Positions 42,814 through 46,068 of a DNA stretch of 46,068 bases are shown here, one piece after another. Source of the stretch: an uncultured Myxococcaceae bacterium (GTDB taxonomy: Bacteria; Myxococcota; Myxococcia; Myxococcales; Myxococcaceae); assembly GCA_964596895.1 (NCBI GenBank), contig CAZQVZ010000001.1, forward strand, positions 1-46,068, written 5' to 3'. A program made the translations under genes and the position numbers. The notes below the pieces were generated by a model. The model did not search any database. It saw only the letters and a list, made by a program, of their open reading frames with translations, and was not told the origin of the DNA. The first letter of the stretch is position 1; the number at the start of each line of letters is the position of its first letter.

Positions 42814-45015
42814 CTACCTCCGGCTCACCACCGCGGCTCGAGCCTCGCCGCCCGCAGGCGCCGCAGGCCGCGGACTGAACCCCACCGCTGCCCGGCGATT
42901 CTCCGGCTTCTGTCGCCACTCGTCCTTCAGTCGCTCCAGCACCGTCCACGCGTCCTTCGGCGCACCGAGCAGCGGCGCCTGGCGCAGCACGGTGCGGAAG
43001 TCACCGGGCGTGAGCCCCTCCAGCGCGTCCAGAGATGCGCGCAGGGCTCGTGCATCCACGACCTCCACCGCCAGCTCACGCAGCGTCGCCCCGAAGAGCG
43101 CCCAGCGCTGTGGCGACGTCGGCGGCTCGAACCGCAGCTTCAAGGAGAAGCGCCGCAGGGCCGCCGGGTCCAGCGTGTCGAAGTCATTGGTGGCGCAGAG
43201 GAAGAGCCCGTCGAAGACCTCCATCTGAACAAGGAGCTCATTGACCTGGGTGACCTCCCAGGACTGCCGCGCCGAGGCCCGGTCGCGCAGGAAGCCGTCC
43301 GCCTCATCCAGGAGCAGCACCGCACCTTCGTCACGCGCGCGAGCGAACATGCCCGCGAGGTTCGCCTCCGTCTGTCCCACGTAGCAGCCGAGCAGGTCCG
43401 ATGCGCGCTGAAGCTGCAGCGGCCGCCCAAGCACCTCCGCCAGGTGGTGCGCGAACGCGGTCTTCCCGGTGCCCGGCGGGCCGGACATGCACAGCGTCGC
43501 CCACGGATGGGCGACCAGCCGCTCCACCAGCGCCGGCAGCGAACAGCCCGCGACGTTCACGTAGGACAGCGCGTACGCCGGCCCATCCGAAAGCTGCGTC
43601 CTTCGCGCCGGACCCTGCGTCCGAAGCGAGGCCTCCAGCGCGCGCGTGAGCAATTCGCCCCGCGCCTCCATGGAGTCTGGCCGCACCAGCCCACACAGCC
43701 TTCCCGCGCGGGCGATGTGCGCGGGCGTGAGCCGTTCGTCCGCCGAAATGCGCCGCAGCACGTCCGGAGACAGCGCGTCCTCACCGAGCGTCCGGCGCAG
43801 CAGCGCGGCGCGGGCGCGCGCGGGCGGGGCACGCAGCTCCAACAGGTAGTCGAAGCGGCGCAGGAACGCCGGGTCCATCCGCGAGATGTCGTTGCAGACC
43901 CAGATGGCCGGCACCGGGTTCTCCTCCAGGAGCCGGTTCACCCACGCCTTGCCCACCACCTGCTCGCGCGGCGCTCCGAGCGGATCTCCGAACACGTCCT
44001 CCACCTCGTCGAAGAAGACGAGGGCCCGACCCCCGTGACCGCGCCCCACCACCCGCTGACACAGCAGGTATGCGCCGAAGCGCCGGCCCGGCGGCAGCGC
44101 AGAGCCATCGCCCGCTTCGTCCGCGACCTCGTACAACCGAGCATCGACAGCGCCCGCGAGCACCCGCGCCAGCTCCGACTTGCCGGTGCCGGGCCGGCCG
44201 TGGACGAGCACGTTCACGCCGCGGGCTCTCCGCTCCAGCGCCGCGCTGAGCAGCCGCCGCAGGGCATGCAGGTCCGCAGCGACGTGCGAGAAGTCCTCCA
44301 CGCCGCACGACGCCGGGCGCTGCGGCCGGAAGAAGTGGTGGAGCAGCGCCTGCGAACCTGCGTGCCGTGTGAGCAACAGCCGCGTCAGCCCGTTGGCTGG
44401 GCGCAGAGGCGGATCTCGGTGACGCTCCGGATCGCTCAGGAGCAGGAGCCGTCCGCGCAGCAGCGTTCCGTCCGGCCCCAAGGCAGAGATGACCGCGCGC
44501 GCCGGCAGGTGCAGCAGCTTCGCGACAACCGAGGCCACCTGCGGCGTGGACCAGACCTCCACGTGCTCCATCAGCTCGTGCAAGGGCGTCGAGACCTCCA
44601 GCGCCACCGCGAACAGCAGCAACTCGCGCTCCACTTCAGAGAGCCCCAGCGCGTCACCCAGAGAGGCCAGGTTCTCGAACGGCTCGCCCTTCCGCCGCCC
44701 CGGCCGCTTCTCCGCCTTCACCCACGCGCGGTGGAACACCGACCGGCAGGCTTCTTTGGGCAGGTCCTTCCACTCCAGGTCACGCGGGATGGCGAGCTGC
44801 CGGCGCAGGTCTTCGTCCAGGCGGCCGCCCACGTGGTGCTGCCACAGGTCCAGCTCCACCAGGCCGCGCAGGCACCACAGCGAGATGGTCCGGTCGAGCG
44901 CAGCGTCGCCGGAGCGGTTTGAGAGCTTCGAAGTCATCTTCGGGTCCGCGGACGCGGTGCGCCGCGCGCGACTGACGGCCATCAGCCGCGCTCGCGGATG
45001 ACCATCCGTGGCCAT
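42814..45015 (-). CDS. Tandem-AAA+ ATPase (two classic-clade AAA modules, CDC48/Afp15-like architecture)
   Basis: D1: VLVHGRPGTGKSELA (Walker A), LVFFDEVEDVF (Walker B), NDISRMDPAFLRRF. D2: LCMSGPPGTGKTAFA, VLLLDEADGFL, ATNDFDTLDPAALRRFSLKL. About 260-aa N-terminal domain of unknown type. ATG 45015 (alternatives 44982 and 44937). Confidence 0.85.
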   Translation of the reverse strand: MATDGHPRARLMAVSRARRTASADPKMTSKLSNRSGDAALDRTISLWCLRGLVELDLWQHHVGGRLDEDLRRQLAIPRDLEWKDLPKEACRSVFHRAWVKAEKRPGRRKGEPFENLASLGDALGLSEVERELLLFAVALEVSTPLHELMEHVEVWSTPQVASVVAKLLHLPARAVISALGPDGTLLRGRLLLLSDPERHRDPPLRPANGLTRLLLTRHAGSQALLHHFFRPQRPASCGVEDFSHVAADLHALRRLLSAALERRARGVNVLVHGRPGTGKSELARVLAGAVDARLYEVADEAGDGSALPPGRRFGAYLLCQRVVGRGHGGRALVFFDEVEDVFGDPLGAPREQVVGKAWVNRLLEENPVPAIWVCNDISRMDPAFLRRFDYLLELRAPPARARAALLRRTLGEDALSPDVLRRISADERLTPAHIARAGRLCGLVRPDSMEARGELLTRALEASLRTQGPARRTQLSDGPAYALSYVNVAGCSLPALVERLVAHPWATLCMSGPPGTGKTAFAHHLAEVLGRPLQLQRASDLLGCYVGQTEANLAGMFARARDEGAVLLLDEADGFLRDRASARQSWEVTQVNELLVQMEVFDGLFLCATNDFDTLDPAALRRFSLKLRFEPPTSPQRWALFGATLRELAVEVVDARALRASLDALEGLTPGDFRTVLRQAPLLGAPKDAWTVLERLKDEWRQKPENRRAAVGFSPRPAAPAGGEARAAVVSRR

Positions 45016-45091
45016 ATGTGACCTTCATCGTCACGCGTTGACCCGCCCAATGACGCCGGGATAGACCCGCTCGAACCTTCCGGGGAGCCGC

Positions 45092-46068
45092 ATGGAATTC
45101 AAGATCGCCGCCGACGAGCTGAAGAAGGCCCTCTACCGGGCGCAGGGCATCGTGGAGCGCAAGACCACCATGCCCATCCTCGCCAACGTCCTCATCAACG
45201 CCACCAGGACCGGCGTCTCGGTGACCGCGTTCGACCTGGACATCGGCGTGGTCAGCGAGCACCCCGCGGAGGTGATGAAGCCGGGCGCGGTGACGGTCTC
45301 CGCCAAGTACGTCTTCGACATCGTGCAGAACGCGCCGGACGCGCACCTGACGCTCAAGCGCCTGCAGAACAACTACGTGGAGATCACCTCCGGCCCCTCG
45401 CACTTCAAGATCGTGGGCATGGCGCCGGAGGAGTACCCGAAGCTCCCGAAGGAGGAGAACGCGGAGCTGGTGAAGGTGAACGGCGGCATTCTCCTGGAGA
45501 TGATCAAGCGGACGCAGTTCGCCATCTCCACCGATGAGACCCGCTACATCCTGAACGGCGTCTTCTTCGAGCCGCGCGAAGGTGGGCAGACCCGCATGGT
45601 CGCCACCGACGGGCACCGGCTGGCGCTGGTGGAGCGCGCCATGGAGGGAGACTTCAAGCTCAAGAGCGGCGTCATCATCCCGCGCAAGGGCCTCTTCGAG
45701 CTCAAGCGCCTCCTGGACGAAGCGCCAGACGCGGAGTGCCACCTGGGGTTCGCGGAGAACTCGGCGCTCTTCAAGAAGCCCGGCCTCACCATGGTGATGC
45801 GGCTCATCGACGGGCAGTTCCCCGAGTACCAGCGCGTCATTCCCAAGGAGGGCGAGAAGCAGGTGACCCTGCCTCGCATCCGCTTCCTCGAAGGCCTGCG
45901 CCGCATCGCGCTGCTCTCCGCGGACAAGTCCAACGCGGTGAAGGTGCGCCTGTCCGACAACCTGCTGCGCATCACCTCGCACAACCCGGACCTCGGCGAA
46001 GCGCGGGACGACATCGACTGCACCTACCGCGGCGCGGAGCTCACGGTGGGCTTCAACGCGCGCTACCT
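45092..46068 (+). CDS. dnaN: DNA polymerase III beta sliding clamp DnaN, N-terminal about 325 codons (3' end lies outside the window)
   Basis: Not in the ORF track because it is open-ended. ATG 45092 with GGGGAG 4 nt upstream. The frame reads MEFKIAADELKKALYRAQGIVERKTTMPILANVLINA...FDLDIG...QFAISTDETRYILNGVFFE......MVATDGHRLA..E........GVIIPRKG..ELKRLL......FKKPGLTMVMRLIDGQFPEYQRVIP, a classic DnaN sequence. Confidence 0.95.
   Translation, partial: MEFKIAADELKKALYRAQGIVERKTTMPILANVLINATRTGVSVTAFDLDIGVVSEHPAEVMKPGAVTVSAKYVFDIVQNAPDAHLTLKRLQNNYVEITSGPSHFKIVGMAPEEYPKLPKEENAELVKVNGGILLEMIKRTQFAISTDETRYILNGVFFEPREGGQTRMVATDGHRLALVERAMEGDFKLKSGVIIPRKGLFELKRLLDEAPDAECHLGFAENSALFKKPGLTMVMRLIDGQFPEYQRVIPKEGEKQVTLPRIRFLEGLRRIALLSADKSNAVKVRLSDNLLRITSHNPDLGEARDDIDCTYRGAELTVGFNARY

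Noticed and set aside
1-46068. Searched by eye for transposase, integrase or recombinase genes, terminal inverted repeats, or tRNA-flanked island boundaries that would mark the dnaA-dnaN interval or the toxin module as a mobile element.
   Set aside because: None was found. No ORF has DDE, tyrosine- or serine-recombinase motifs, and I noticed no long direct repeats flanking 39.3-45.0 kb.

Overview
This is a high-GC chromosomal window of myxobacterial type (Ser/Thr kinases with PEGA domains, Cys-rich repeat lipoproteins, AgmX/TonB-C-like domain). It starts inside dnaA (C-terminal domain IV) and ends inside dnaN. About 44.7 kb and roughly 36 densely packed genes on both strands lie between them. 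I found no rRNA, tRNA, CRISPR array, transposase or integrase.

Two loci stand out.

1. Graspetide locus (21.3-23.1 kb). An MdnC-like ATP-grasp ligase is divergent from a 226-aa precursor-like ORF. That ORF has a short leader and then 11 tandem copies of a TTxA[V/L]GEEGG core, which fits the TTxxxxEE motif of plesiocin-type omega-ester peptides. A 16-bp-stem terminator hairpin follows it.

2. Toxin module (39.3-45.0 kb). A double-AAA+ ATPase is followed by an 860-aa protein and a small overlapping gene that may encode immunity or a chaperone. The 860-aa protein has an N-terminal RVHT...LAHEAAH (DUF4157-like HExxH) segment, a central cluster of TM helices and a C-terminal KGH / SNFTPQ His-Me-finger nuclease-like domain.

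Other observations are listed under findings:
- an apparent pair of compensating frameshifts in a Sel1-like/TonB-C lipoprotein gene;
- two paralogous PEGA kinases with an atypical HRDVAxKN catalytic loop;
- an 11-nt G/C homopolymer inside an SGNH hydrolase gene;
- a SAM methyltransferase with a lipoprotein signal and a His-rich linker;
- small GC-rich hairpin elements after stop codons.

All functional calls come from reading motifs by eye. No database search was run. Start codons are often uncertain because of the GC content. The many long Arg/Ala/Gly/Pro-rich alternative-frame ORFs in the track are treated as artefacts.
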